This document shows positions 1 to 10,016 of a DNA stretch of 64,000 nt, one piece after another. The position numbers and the translations under genes are program-made. Source of the DNA: Candidatus Hydrogenedentota bacterium (GTDB taxonomy: Bacteria; Hydrogenedentota; Hydrogenedentia; Hydrogenedentales; SLHB01); assembly GCA_963745075.1 (NCBI GenBank), contig CAVUWV010000009.1, forward strand, positions 64,001 through 128,000, in the 5' to 3' direction. How positions within the stretch are numbered: the stretch's first letter is position 1; the number at the start of each line of letters is the position of its first letter. Under the pieces are notes generated by a model that was given only the letters and a program-made list of their open reading frames with translations, did not search any database and was not told the origin of the DNA.

Positions 1-132
1 ACGCAAAGGTTGGTTCGCCGCCCCGCCGGAGGCGCAAGTTGGTTACGCTGAGTTCCCGCGCTCCGGGCCGTGGAGGCGATTAGAAACGTTGCAGGGACCG
101 CCGATATCACCCAGAAGGCAGTTCCTCTAAAG

Positions 133-161
133 AGGATAGCGCAATTCGGGACTCGCGTCAA
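133..161 (-). promoter_or_regulatory. putative sigma-70 promoter reading toward the window's left edge
   Basis: Minus strand TTGACG (156-161), 17 nt spacer, TATCCT (133-138), just past the stop of the GlmU-like gene. Confidence 0.45.
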
Positions 162-177
162 TTCACCAACGGAATCC

Positions 178-1395
178 TCACTTCTGTGGCGTTCGCCGGG
201 TTTCCGTAACGTCTTTTCGGATGACTTCGCCCGGATAAGAAAAGGTATCCGGCCAGAATTTCCGCCCCGGATAGATCGCCGTATTGATGCCCGTGTGGAC
301 GTTGTCGCCGAAAATGGCGCCGAATTTGATCCGGCCGGAGTCCACGCGCTCGCCTTTAACAAGAGATGGGATCGTGCCGGCATCGTGCCGGAAATTCGCC
401 GTAATCGTTCCGGCCCCAAGGTTGGTGTGCGCCCCGACGACGCTGTCGCCGACATAACTGAGATGGGGTACCGCCGCGCCGTCCATCAGAATCGAGTTCT
501 TGATCTCGACCGCATGCCCAACTTTGCACTTGGTGCCGATGGTGGTACCGGGCCGGATCCAGGCGTTGGGGCCGACCGTCGCTCCGGGGCCGATATACGC
601 CGGACCGTCGATGACCACGCCGGATCGAACGATCGCACCGGGCGCCACGTAGATCCGGCCGTTCAGGTGGGCTGCGGGGCTCACGTCGCCCTCGATCCCC
701 GGTTCGAGGTGGTGTTCCAGCATGTACTCGTTGGCGTCGAGCAAATGCCAGGGATAGCCGATCGGCAACCAGTATCCTTCCATCTCGACCACGCGAAACG
801 CGCCCCCTTCGGCAAGTGTCTGCACAGCGGACGTAATCTCGATCTCGCCCCGTTCCGATTTTGGCGTCGTCTTGAGGATGTCGAGAACGCCCGCGTCGAA
901 CTTGTACGCGCCGACGTTCGCGAGGTCGGAAAAGATCTCCTTCGGCTTTTCCACGATGCGTTTGGCGGAACCGTCCGCATTGACTTCGTAGATGCCGTAG
1001 AGGCTGGGGTCGGCGACCCGTTTGGCCAGGGCGCCCTGCTCGCACTCCGCCAGACGGGCCAGATCGCGGGGATCGTAGAGATCGTCGCCGTTCATGGCGA
1101 TAAAGGGCCCCTGAATGCGGTCCGCGCATTGCAGCACGGCGTGCCCGGTGCCCAACGGTTCTTCCTGGTCTACGTAGCCGAGCGAAATGCCCTCGAAACG
1201 GTCGCCGAAGGCTTCCCGGATCATTTCATGCTTATAGTGCACAACAACAATCACCTCGTCGACGAAGCGCGCGAGCGCCCGGAGTTGGTGCTCAAGAATG
1301 GTTCGATTGGCGATTTTCAGCAGCGGCTTGGGGCGTGTCAGCGTGAGTGGATACGTGCGTGTCGATTTCCCCGCCGCCATGATGACTGCTTGCAT
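178..1395 (-). CDS. bifunctional sugar-1-phosphate nucleotidyltransferase/acetyltransferase (archaeal-type GlmU-like)
   Basis: N-terminal AAGKSTRTYPLT...PKPLL nucleotidyltransferase motif, SERGEIEIT, C-terminal hexapeptide beta-helix (PHLSYVGDS, NLGAGTITANFRHD). Confidence 0.88.
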   Translation of the reverse strand: MQAVIMAAGKSTRTYPLTLTRPKPLLKIANRTILEHQLRALARFVDEVIVVVHYKHEMIREAFGDRFEGISLGYVDQEEPLGTGHAVLQCADRIQGPFIAMNGDDLYDPRDLARLAECEQGALAKRVADPSLYGIYEVNADGSAKRIVEKPKEIFSDLANVGAYKFDAGVLDILKTTPKSERGEIEITSAVQTLAEGGAFRVVEMEGYWLPIGYPWHLLDANEYMLEHHLEPGIEGDVSPAAHLNGRIYVAPGAIVRSGVVIDGPAYIGPGATVGPNAWIRPGTTIGTKCKVGHAVEIKNSILMDGAAVPHLSYVGDSVVGAHTNLGAGTITANFRHDAGTIPSLVKGERVDSGRIKFGAIFGDNVHTGINTAIYPGRKFWPDTFSYPGEVIRKDVTETRRTPQK

Positions 1396-1455
1396 GGCCG
1401 GTCTCTCCTTGTTGCGGCGGATGGTACCCCAACATGCGGTGCAGCGGCAAACCGG

Positions 1456-2217
1456 TTAGGTTGCGAAAAGGGATGTGGCGTTTCGAAACGCGATGGCTTC
1501 GCGCTGCGTTACATTCAAATCGGCGCACTGCAGCTTATCCACATTCGCCCGCGGGTGCAGCAAGGGTGCGTTCGTGCCGAAAAGGACGCGGTCCTCGCCA
1601 AACGTGTTTACGGCATGCTCCAGTTCCCCCAATCGCTCGTAGCTGGAGGTGTCGAACCGGAGATTCTTCGGCCAAGGCGCGTGGATCTGTTCCGCTTGGT
1701 CGTATTTCAGCCCCAGTGCGACCACCGGCAAGTCCGGATGCCGCCCCGCAAATACGCCCACGGCCTCCACAGGCGTGTCTTCGACGATCAGACGCCGGAA
1801 TTGCCGTCGGGGATCTTCGAGACCGATCTGCACGAACACGACCGCATTCTGGGCCAGACAGAAGTCGACCATCGTCAGCACTTCCGGGTTCTCCGCGTCG
1901 TCCAGGCTGAAGCGATGGTAGTTCGGATAAAGCACCGCACCGCGCATGCCGTACGCGTCGAGACAGTGCCTCAGATCGTCGTCCCAACCCGCCAGATTGG
2001 GGCGAACGACGGCCAGGGGAATCAGTCGATCGCGGTGTTTGTCGACGGCGCGATGCAATTCCTCGTTGCCGTCGTTCGGATTGAAGTAATGCACCGCGTT
2101 CAAGGAGGACACCGCGGCGCGTTCGATGCCGTACGCATCCATGTTTCGCAAGATGTCCTCGAGCGTCGCTACCGGCCGGTAGGGCCACTGCCCAATCTTT
2201 ACATTGATGTCAAACAC
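1456..2217 (-). CDS. amidohydrolase family protein (Amidohydro_2)
   Basis: TIM-barrel amidohydrolase pattern, NLRFDTS and RVLFGTNAP motifs; the N-terminal HxH is degenerate. Confidence 0.8.
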   Translation of the reverse strand: MFDINVKIGQWPYRPVATLEDILRNMDAYGIERAAVSSLNAVHYFNPNDGNEELHRAVDKHRDRLIPLAVVRPNLAGWDDDLRHCLDAYGMRGAVLYPNYHRFSLDDAENPEVLTMVDFCLAQNAVVFVQIGLEDPRRQFRRLIVEDTPVEAVGVFAGRHPDLPVVALGLKYDQAEQIHAPWPKNLRFDTSSYERLGELEHAVNTFGEDRVLFGTNAPLLHPRANVDKLQCADLNVTQREAIAFRNATSLFAT

Positions 2218-2956
2218 GAAGCCACCGTCGAACGTTTTCGCCCAGAATCATGCGTTGTACTTCTTCAGAGAGTCCGGCGCACAACACTTTGCTCATCTGC
2301 ACCGAAAAGCTTCGTCCCGGAACATCCGAGCCAAAGAAGATGCGCTCCGGCCCGATATGCTTTAGCAGGCACGGCACGATGCCGTCTTCCGGTTCCCCGC
2401 CGGACAGGTCCATGCAAAGGTTCGGCACCTTCGCAGCGGCCCGGGCTGCATCTTCCCACCGCCCGCTGTAGTGGGCCATCCAAACCTTGAGATCGGGATA
2501 CCGTGCCGCGAGGTTGGCGACATGGCGATGCGTCGATTCCTTGGTCATGTTACCGGTCGCTTTGACCCACGTATGGGCCATCACCGGCACGTCCAGTTCG
2601 ATCGCCCGTTCGATGATGCGATTCAGTCGCGTGTCATCGGCAAACTGCGAGATCCAGAGTTTGACGATTTGGCTGGGGCCGTTGGCGATCTCCTGATCCA
2701 TCAGTTTCAACGACGTTTCTACGTGGTCGGCGCTGACATACGTAAACCCGATGAAACGGTTGGGGTGTTTTTCGCACGCCGCGCGCACGTCCGCCGCGGC
2801 CTCCTGTAACTCGAGCGTGGTCGGAAACTCGACCCACTTGCGCGACAGCGAACAAATGCACAGTTTTTCGATCCCGCTGCGGTCGGCGGCGTTGAGTATC
2901 GCGGCAAGGTGATCGTCTTCCGCGTTCAGAATATGCACGTGGCAATCGATGATCAT
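2210..2956 (-). CDS. amidohydrolase family protein (Amidohydro_2)
   Basis: IIDCHVH, MAHYSG, RIFFGSDVPG, ILGENV motifs. Confidence 0.88.
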   Translation of the reverse strand: MIIDCHVHILNAEDDHLAAILNAADRSGIEKLCICSLSRKWVEFPTTLELQEAAADVRAACEKHPNRFIGFTYVSADHVETSLKLMDQEIANGPSQIVKLWISQFADDTRLNRIIERAIELDVPVMAHTWVKATGNMTKESTHRHVANLAARYPDLKVWMAHYSGRWEDAARAAAKVPNLCMDLSGGEPEDGIVPCLLKHIGPERIFFGSDVPGRSFSVQMSKVLCAGLSEEVQRMILGENVRRWLRV

Positions 2957-4647
2957 GTCTGCGCGATGTCCTCCTCCACATCTTCCAGGAAGTAATTGTA
3001 CGTACGCGCGCCCATATCCTCAATGATCTCCCACGCGTCATTGGGATCCACCGCGGCGATAAGCCGCTCGCGGACGATGGGCTCCGACACCATGCCCGCG
3101 AGACCCGCCATAACTTCGAGGTGGTGTTTCTCGTGCTCCGTGGGGGTGGCGATCATCATAATCAGCTTGGCCGGCTCTCCGTCCGGCGCGTCAAAGGGGA
3201 TTCCCGTCCGGGAGATCCCCAGGACGCCCTGGACCTGATCCGTGATGTCGAGTCGGCCGTGCGGGATGGCGGCCCCGTGGCCGATGGCGGTCGTGTTCTG
3301 CTTCTCGCGTTCCACGATGGTGTCGTAGAGTGCCTTGGCTTGCCCCCTATTCAGCCGGTGCGCCTTCACAAAGAAGTCAGTAAGCTTTTGAATTGCCTCC
3401 CATTTGTCGTCGGCCTCCAGGTTCGTGAGGATGAACTCTTCCTGAAGGAATTCCATGAGGCGCGGCCGGTCCAGTCCGGCTTCCTTCGAGCGGGTCACCG
3501 CAAATCGAGTGAACAGGGGACCCAGGATTTCGTTGATGGTCACCGCCGCGACGAGCAGCGTGCCCACCCGCGCGGAAATCTCGGTCGGGATGCGCGGATC
3601 GCCTTCGAGGAGGACCAGCAGCCCGATCACCACGCCGGCCTGCGGCACGAGGGCAAAGGGAACGCTGCTGGCGATACGCGGCGAACACCGGGTGGTCCGC
3701 GCGCCCAGGTAGGCCCCCCCCATCTTACCCACGCCGCGCGCGATGACGTACACGATGCAGAAGACTCCGGCGGTCGCGAGCGCGTCCAGGTGAACCGACA
3801 TCCCGGCCAGCGTAAAGAAACACGTGTACAACACGGGCTCGATGGGTTCGAATTCGCTTACCAACCGGTCGGATTCATGCGACATGTTCCCCAGGCATAT
3901 GCCGAACACGAGGCAGGCGATGAGCGGACTGAGATTCAGCGCCGCCGCCAGCTCCGTGCACACCATGACCGCGATCAGCAGCGTGGTGAACTTGTGCATG
4001 TTCGGAATGTGAATCAAACGGTCCACGATGAGTCCGACAACGAGCCCCACGCCGAGGGAGCCGAGGAGTTGAAACCCCGTTGTCGCTATCGCTTCTTCAA
4101 TTCCCGCGGTGGTGCCCGCGCCCGTGTGGATGTTGGCGACCAGTGTCTGTACGAAAGCAAATACGGTGATGCAGAGTCCTGCGTCGATGGCGACCACGCC
4201 CAGCAAGGTCTTTACAAAAGGACCTTTCGCGCGCATTTCCCGAATGACGGCCAGGGAGGTCGCCGGCGCCGTGGAGATCGCCAGACTGGCCAGGAGCAGC
4301 GCCGACACCCAGTCGGCTCCGAATCCCAGTGTCAACGCCGCGACGCAGACAAAGGCGACGAACGACTCGAACAATGCAATAGCGAGAATGCGCCGGAGGG
4401 CCGAGCGAATGCGCCGGTACGCGAATTGGTGACCCACGGCCACGGCGATGAGGGAGGTGGCAAACGTCGAGAGTGTCTGGAGTTGCCGGGGGACGTCCAA
4501 CTCGTTGAACACGGTCAGCCCGATTACCGCGCCGATGACGATGTTTCCCGTGATGCCGGGAACGTGGAGTTTGCGGGCCAGCCAACCTCCGAACAACCCC
4601 GCCAAAACGACGGAACTCAGAAGAAACAGGGGGCTCGCATCCTGCAT
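2953..4647 (-). CDS. cation:proton antiporter (CPA2) fused to a C-terminal PTS EIIA-type domain
   Basis: Many TM helices (STAPA, FFTLAG, PQAGV), then EREKQNTTAIGHGAAIPHGR and FDAPDG EIIA motifs; start placed at ATG 4647. Confidence 0.88.
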   Translation of the reverse strand: MQDASPLFLLSSVVLAGLFGGWLARKLHVPGITGNIVIGAVIGLTVFNELDVPRQLQTLSTFATSLIAVAVGHQFAYRRIRSALRRILAIALFESFVAFVCVAALTLGFGADWVSALLLASLAISTAPATSLAVIREMRAKGPFVKTLLGVVAIDAGLCITVFAFVQTLVANIHTGAGTTAGIEEAIATTGFQLLGSLGVGLVVGLIVDRLIHIPNMHKFTTLLIAVMVCTELAAALNLSPLIACLVFGICLGNMSHESDRLVSEFEPIEPVLYTCFFTLAGMSVHLDALATAGVFCIVYVIARGVGKMGGAYLGARTTRCSPRIASSVPFALVPQAGVVIGLLVLLEGDPRIPTEISARVGTLLVAAVTINEILGPLFTRFAVTRSKEAGLDRPRLMEFLQEEFILTNLEADDKWEAIQKLTDFFVKAHRLNRGQAKALYDTIVEREKQNTTAIGHGAAIPHGRLDITDQVQGVLGISRTGIPFDAPDGEPAKLIMMIATPTEHEKHHLEVMAGLAGMVSEPIVRERLIAAVDPNDAWEIIEDMGARTYNYFLEDVEEDIAQT

Positions 4648-4855
4648 ATTTGAAAACAGTGAGGCTTCCAGTGTGGTTCCATCCCAGGGGCGATGCCACC
4701 CCGATCCGTCTTCCGCTGCCATCTCTCGGGATTGGTCATTCGTGGCCCATCGCATTCTAGATTCGCGATCCGGAACTTGCAAGCGTCGAATTACGGATGA
4801 TTGGCTCGCGGAGGGTTCGCATGGTAGAATCTTCACGAAGGGGTGGCAGGATTCC

Positions 4856-5326
4856 ATGCGAGAACATCTGGCCAAAACGACCAAAACCTACGCAAAGAAC
4901 CTGGGGAAGCACTTCAAACGGGTCGTGCTCCGTCAGGAATCGGTCCGGGACGCCGCGGCGGATATCGCAAACGATTCCGACCGGCTCGTGCGTACGGTCA
5001 AGGGGTCGCGCAAGCCCGGCGATCACCACCGCGCGGCTCGCTACGTCGAAAAGGGCCGCAAGGCGTACAACCAGAAACGCTACGCAGCGGCGGAAGATCT
5101 TTTCCGCAAAGCGCTCCTGGAAGATCCCAAGTATGCCCTTGCTCTCTGTCATATGGGCTCGGCGATGTATAAACAAGAAAAGCTTCGCGAAGCGATCCAG
5201 TATTGGTCGAAGGCCGCCGAACTGGAACCCGGCTCGGAAGCGGCCAAACGCGCGGAAAAAAGTTTGAGCCGGGTCCGAATGCAGCGCAAGCAAGTCATTT
5301 CCGCCCTCGAGGAACGTCTTGACTAG
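4856..5326 (+). CDS. tetratricopeptide repeat protein
   Basis: TPR pattern YAAAEDLFRKALLEDPKYALALCHMGSAMY...EAIQYWSKAAELEP; start uncertain. Confidence 0.75.
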   Translation: MREHLAKTTKTYAKNLGKHFKRVVLRQESVRDAAADIANDSDRLVRTVKGSRKPGDHHRAARYVEKGRKAYNQKRYAAAEDLFRKALLEDPKYALALCHMGSAMYKQEKLREAIQYWSKAAELEPGSEAAKRAEKSLSRVRMQRKQVISALEERLD

Positions 5327-6473
5327 TCCGCCCCTCACGCCGTTCCAGTATCATGTGCCGACCCAACTCGTTTTCGGGTCCGGATGTTTTGACTCGCTCG
5401 CCGAACACTCCCACAAACTGGGCCGCCGGCCTCTTCTCGTGACGGGGATGAATTCCGCCCGCAAAATCGGCGCCCTCGACCGTGCCATGGCGCAATTGGA
5501 GCATGCCGCCGTATTCGACGCGGTCGAAGAGAATCCCGGCACGGCGACCTGCGAACGCGGCGCCGATCTGTGCCGGCAGTTGGGCTGCGACCACGTGATC
5601 GCCATCGGTGGCGGCAGCCCCATGGACGTGGCGAAGGCCGTTGCCGGGTTGGCCGTTAATCGCGGGACCTGCGCCGACCACTTCGGATCGGGCGGATTGC
5701 AGGAAGGGGCGCTGCCGATCGTCGCCGTCCCGACCACGGCCGGCACCGGCAGCGAGGTCACGCCCTATGCCGTTATTGTCGATGAGGCAAACAAGACGAA
5801 GAAGACCATTTCGGCCACGGTCTTGTTTCCCCGCGTCGCCCTGCTGGATCCGGACCTAACGACAGCGTTGCCGCGATCCGTGACGATCCACACCGGACTC
5901 GACGTGCTCAGCCAGGCCATGGAAGGCATGGTCTCCAAGAAGGCCACCCCGTTGGGCGATGTCCTCGCGTTGGATGCGTGCCATCGCGTGCGCGAATTCC
6001 TGCCTCGCGCCGCGAAGGACGGCCGGGACGCCGAAGCCCGTGCCCAGATGCTGTACGCATCCATGCTTTCGGGCTGCATCATCGCCCAAAGCGGGACCAC
6101 GCTTGTCCATGGCATGGGGTATTACTACACCCTCGAGTGCGGTATCTCCCACGGTCTGGCGAATGGGTTGCTTCTGGCGCCCCTCTTTCGCCATAACGCA
6201 CGCCACGCCCCGGACCGCGTCACGGCGCTTGTCGATGCCCTGGGAACCCCCGTTGGCGCCCCGTTGGAAGACCGGGTTACGCGGGCCATCCACGACCTTT
6301 TCGAGGAACTGGAGGTGTCGCCAGCCGCGAGGGACCAAGGGGCTAAAGCGGACCAATTGAACGCCTTTGCGGCCGCCGTGGCCAGCGATCCATACCGTTT
6401 TCGGAACCAAATCGGCGAGATCACGGAGCCGCTAATCTGCGAATTCTACGAGCAATCCTGCCAAGGACGGTGA
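5319..6473 (+). CDS. iron-containing alcohol dehydrogenase
   Basis: IGGGSPMDVAK, PTTAGTGSEVT, HGMG, HGLANG motifs. Confidence 0.93.
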   Translation: MTSPPLTPFQYHVPTQLVFGSGCFDSLAEHSHKLGRRPLLVTGMNSARKIGALDRAMAQLEHAAVFDAVEENPGTATCERGADLCRQLGCDHVIAIGGGSPMDVAKAVAGLAVNRGTCADHFGSGGLQEGALPIVAVPTTAGTGSEVTPYAVIVDEANKTKKTISATVLFPRVALLDPDLTTALPRSVTIHTGLDVLSQAMEGMVSKKATPLGDVLALDACHRVREFLPRAAKDGRDAEARAQMLYASMLSGCIIAQSGTTLVHGMGYYYTLECGISHGLANGLLLAPLFRHNARHAPDRVTALVDALGTPVGAPLEDRVTRAIHDLFEELEVSPAARDQGAKADQLNAFAAAVASDPYRFRNQIGEITEPLICEFYEQSCQGR

Positions 6474-6590
6474 AATCCGCGTTCTCGCGTAAGTGTATTT
6501 AGGTGAATAGGTTAGATGCAGGATAGCCCATCGACGTGCCCTCTCCCGCGTCCGGTTTTCGAATTATTTGAGAAAGTTCAGCGATCCGGC

Positions 6591-6618
6591 TAAAGTAATG
6601 ACCCGTAGCTGCCGATAA
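6591..6618 (+). promoter_or_regulatory. sigma-28 (FliA/SigD) promoter of flgM
   Basis: TAAA (6591-6594), 16 nt spacer, GCCGATAA (6611-6618); matches the sigma-28 consensus directly upstream of flgM. Confidence 0.85.
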
Positions 6619-6679
6619 ACAGAACGGAGAAATCGCCTCCGGTGAGGCGAGATAGCGTAAGAGTTAGGGAGATGGACAT

Positions 6680-6979
6680 ATGGTTGGCATACAGGGCATA
6701 GGCGGGGTTCCCGAACCTGCACCCGATCGGTCGGCCGGCGTCCGGGACAAGAAGCGCGACGACGGCGTCAAGGGACAGCAGTCTCACGATGACCTCCTGA
6801 TCAGTTCAGAAGCGCAAGCGGCGGCAAAGATCGCCCAGTTGGTGCAGGTTGCCCGGGAACAGGGCGATGTTCGCGCCGAGCGGGTTGCCGCGGCCAAACA
6901 AGCCATCGATCGGGGCGACTACAAGAAACCCGAAGTCGTCCAGGAAGTGGCCCGCCGGATCCAGAATTTCCTCGGATAA
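6680..6979 (+). CDS. flgM: anti-sigma-28 factor FlgM
   Basis: DDLLISSEAQ...DVRAERVAAAKQAIDRGDYK...VARRI matches the FlgM C-terminal motif; sigma-28 promoter and GGAG RBS upstream. Confidence 0.85.
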   Translation: MVGIQGIGGVPEPAPDRSAGVRDKKRDDGVKGQQSHDDLLISSEAQAAAKIAQLVQVAREQGDVRAERVAAAKQAIDRGDYKKPEVVQEVARRIQNFLG

Positions 6980-7104
6980 TCGCCGCGATTGCACTCATGG
7001 TTCGAGCGTAGTCGCGGTTTTTCTGTGCCCGGCCACCAATTCTGTCCAAACCAACGTCATTAGACAAGACTGCGGTGTGGGCGACCCGCCCGCTCAAATT
7101 GCAA

Positions 7105-8520
7105 TCACCGCGCCTGAAGCAGGTACAAATTCTTCTCCCCGCGCAGCAGGATGCTCGTCCGGCCCTTGCCGCTGAGGTCGACGGTTTGTAAAGTCTCTTC
7201 GATTGGCTCCGGGAAGGTATGGGACCAATCTGGGTCGCGTGAGAAGCCGTCTGCGGCCAGCCAGACCTGGATCTCGTTCTCATCCGTTCCCAGCGCGATA
7301 TCCGTCTTTTGATCCCCGTCGAAGTCGGCGAGGATTAGATTCTCGAAGGGCCCGTGCGCGAGAAACCACGTCACGGGTACTTTGCAGTTAATTGCGTAAG
7401 CGGGTTTGGGTTCAAAGCGTTGCTTATCCGGCGAATACAGATGCACGGTCATTCGAATCGGCCACGATCTGCTGACGACCGTGCGCATGATCGACTCCAC
7501 GGACATCCCGGGTTTCGGGGCGTCCCACAGGATGAGGTCCATGAATCCGTCGCCATTGAAATCGGACCGTTCGCTTAGCGTGTCGTTTGCCGACCACCGG
7601 TACCGGGAAAGGATCCGCCCCGGATACCGGCGAACGGGACCATTGGTGGCGTTGGTCCAATCTTCCCCTTCGGACGTCAGCGGCACCTCTCGCATGAACG
7701 CGAGCGTGTTTCCGTTTTCATCACTCCGGAGCATGGCATACCGAACGCTGTTCGTATCCCTCGACACGATTACACCATCCCAGGAACCCTTGTATTCTCC
7801 GTTGTCGAAGGAGAACCGTGCCGACAAGGGAGGCTCGATGTTGGAGTCGGCGGGCTTGTTGTGTGTGATGGCGAGTGGTAGTTGTGGTGGCTGTAATTCC
7901 GGAGGCAGGTCTGGAATCAACTCCTTCGCCTGCCATACTACGGTCGAGTTTGTGCCCGGAGCTAAGCCGCCAAAATCATACCACGCGCTGCTGTGGAACT
8001 CGGGCGCGTACCGCGGCGCATCCGGCAAATTGGGGAACTCCGCCACGATCGATCCATCCAGGGCGAATGCGGTCAGGCTTTCGGATTTCGGTAAGAGAAC
8101 CACCAACTTCTGCTGAAACGTCTTAACGAGCACTTGTCGGCACGGCGCATCGGTTCCCATGGCATACAGGGAGTCCGCTTGGAAGAGAAGCTGTGCAGGG
8201 GATTGCTTGTCTGTACTGGTCGCAAGTTCCAGGGCCAAGACTTCCCGACCACGAACGGCGACAATTTCGCTGGCAGCATCGTCGTCAATGTTGACGATGT
8301 CGTATGCAGCAACGCTTTCGGGAATGGCGATATGACGTTCAGTGCCGCCGTCCAGTCTTATGTGCAGATCATAGCCGTCTTGTACGACCAGGTCCGCAAT
8401 ACCGGCCCCGTCCACATCTGCAAAGAACACGGGGTCGTTCTTGTGCTCGACCGCAACGGACGCAACCACGTATACGTGGGAGGCGCCGAACAGCTGAAGT
8501 AATACGATGGCATGTATCAT
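7105..8520 (-). CDS. secreted FG-GAP/VCBS-repeat protein
   Basis: Signal-like N-terminus; DVDGAG, DFNGDGFMDL, DFDGDQKTDI, DLSGKG repeats. Confidence 0.8.
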   Translation of the reverse strand: MIHAIVLLQLFGASHVYVVASVAVEHKNDPVFFADVDGAGIADLVVQDGYDLHIRLDGGTERHIAIPESVAAYDIVNIDDDAASEIVAVRGREVLALELATSTDKQSPAQLLFQADSLYAMGTDAPCRQVLVKTFQQKLVVLLPKSESLTAFALDGSIVAEFPNLPDAPRYAPEFHSSAWYDFGGLAPGTNSTVVWQAKELIPDLPPELQPPQLPLAITHNKPADSNIEPPLSARFSFDNGEYKGSWDGVIVSRDTNSVRYAMLRSDENGNTLAFMREVPLTSEGEDWTNATNGPVRRYPGRILSRYRWSANDTLSERSDFNGDGFMDLILWDAPKPGMSVESIMRTVVSRSWPIRMTVHLYSPDKQRFEPKPAYAINCKVPVTWFLAHGPFENLILADFDGDQKTDIALGTDENEIQVWLAADGFSRDPDWSHTFPEPIEETLQTVDLSGKGRTSILLRGEKNLYLLQAR

Positions 8521-10016
8521 GGCGCGGAATCCCGAAGCAGGTACAGGACATCACGCGGTGGCGTGTCGGGGTTTTCTGTGTCGTGATGGGAAACGACCAT
8601 ATCGCTGTGACCGTCGCCATCGAAGTCGGCGACAAAGAACTCGGAATTGGGGGTCGCGGGGGCCTCCGCATATGTGCTGTTCTCGAAGCCGTTCGGCGAT
8701 CCGAGATAGATTGCGATGCGATCCGGCCTATCGTGAACGGCCGCATCGTGGTAGCCGTCGCCGTCGAAATCGCCTTCCAGATTCAGAATCCCTCCTTCAT
8801 ACAGAATGTGCGCCATCTCCGACCACTGAATGGGTGGTTTGTCGAGTTCCACCTCAAATGTCTCAACGATACTGGGGGAGTCCGTGAACGTATTCGCTTC
8901 GGTCTGTAAGTATACGTGCGTGAGAAGATCGACCCGTCGCCGGCTGGTGACCCGCAACACGGTCTCGCGAAGGCCCCCGTCAAAGTACCCGGTACCCTGG
9001 AGCACCAGATCTTGACGGCCATCCTCATTCAAATCGACGATTAGCGGATCGGCAACGCTGGCGATCATTTGGAATGTTACGAAGTCCTTTCCGGCATCGG
9101 TCGACACTTTCACATTGACGATGGGCATTGGCAGCGACGAGTGATAGACCTTTCGCCAATCCACCTTAAGAAAATCGATCGTATCGTCATCGTTCAACCG
9201 AAATCCTCCGAACGACCGGCCTTCCACTACCTCGCTAGCGGTTTCGGTCGCTGGGCCAAGAACGAAGCCGTCGTTGTCCTTAAGAAGCAAGGTATAGCCA
9301 ACGGTGTGCAACCGGTATTCGCGTGGAAGAAGGTTCTCCCCGTAGACAACCGTCACGCGGTTACCTTCGAAACGGTACGAGCAATTGCGGTTTAGCGTGG
9401 GCGGTTGTATGACCCGTTCGCTCTCCGGCCACAGCGTGACATCGGTACGTGGTTCCAGCCGGATGGGGGGATAGATGTCCAGCACGCCAGCGGGTTCGAA
9501 GAAGGCCCCGTTTCGCCGGTAGACCTGTACGCCATCGGGACCGGGGAGGGCGATCTCCGCGACGCCATCGCCGTCAAGGTCAAACAGGTAGCCACCAAAT
9601 TGGTTAACGGCGGCCCGTCCGGCTTCCTGGGGTCCGTCGCCCGCGTCCAAATCCCCCGCACTCGGAAAGTCAATTTTCTGGCTCAGGACGCGTTTCCAGC
9701 TGGAGTTCTCCCAACGGATGACTTCCAAGCGAGCGGCCATCCGAAAGTAGATATCGCGATTCCACGCCTGGCATATTGCCGACTCTCCGAAATCAGGAAG
9801 TGCATGCCGGTTTTCAACCCGAAACGCCCCGTCCTGCTGAAACACGGCCTCGTCTGCAAGCAGCAGGTCTGCGTTACCGTCTCCGTCCAAGTCACAGGTG
9901 CGATAACCCGGGTTTGAGTAGCCGGAACCCGTTTCCCAAAATGTAAACGGCACCGCATACTCCTGCTCGACAAAGGCGGCCCCATGGAACGCCAGCATGC
10001 AGACGGCGGCGATCAT
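8517..10016 (-). CDS. secreted FG-GAP/VCBS-repeat protein
   Basis: Start MIAAVCML at 10016 overlapping the permease stop; DLDGDGNADL, DLNEDGRQDL, DFDGDGYHD, DFDGDGHSD repeats. Confidence 0.8.
   Translation of the reverse strand: MIAAVCMLAFHGAAFVEQEYAVPFTFWETGSGYSNPGYRTCDLDGDGNADLLLADEAVFQQDGAFRVENRHALPDFGESAICQAWNRDIYFRMAARLEVIRWENSSWKRVLSQKIDFPSAGDLDAGDGPQEAGRAAVNQFGGYLFDLDGDGVAEIALPGPDGVQVYRRNGAFFEPAGVLDIYPPIRLEPRTDVTLWPESERVIQPPTLNRNCSYRFEGNRVTVVYGENLLPREYRLHTVGYTLLLKDNDGFVLGPATETASEVVEGRSFGGFRLNDDDTIDFLKVDWRKVYHSSLPMPIVNVKVSTDAGKDFVTFQMIASVADPLIVDLNEDGRQDLVLQGTGYFDGGLRETVLRVTSRRRVDLLTHVYLQTEANTFTDSPSIVETFEVELDKPPIQWSEMAHILYEGGILNLEGDFDGDGYHDAAVHDRPDRIAIYLGSPNGFENSTYAEAPATPNSEFFVADFDGDGHSDMVVSHHDTENPDTPPRDVLYLLRDSAP

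Noticed and set aside
1..130. Possible SRP or 6S RNA after the promoter at 133-161
   Set aside because: The SRP GGAA-loop core is absent and the sequence is cut by the window edge, so no call can be supported.
70..2490. 806-aa plus-strand ORF and other long antisense ORFs (3121-4653, 18742-20877, 30781-32553, 37516-38862, 41851-43179)
   Set aside because: They are shadows of well-supported minus-strand genes in GC-rich DNA and have no recognisable motifs.
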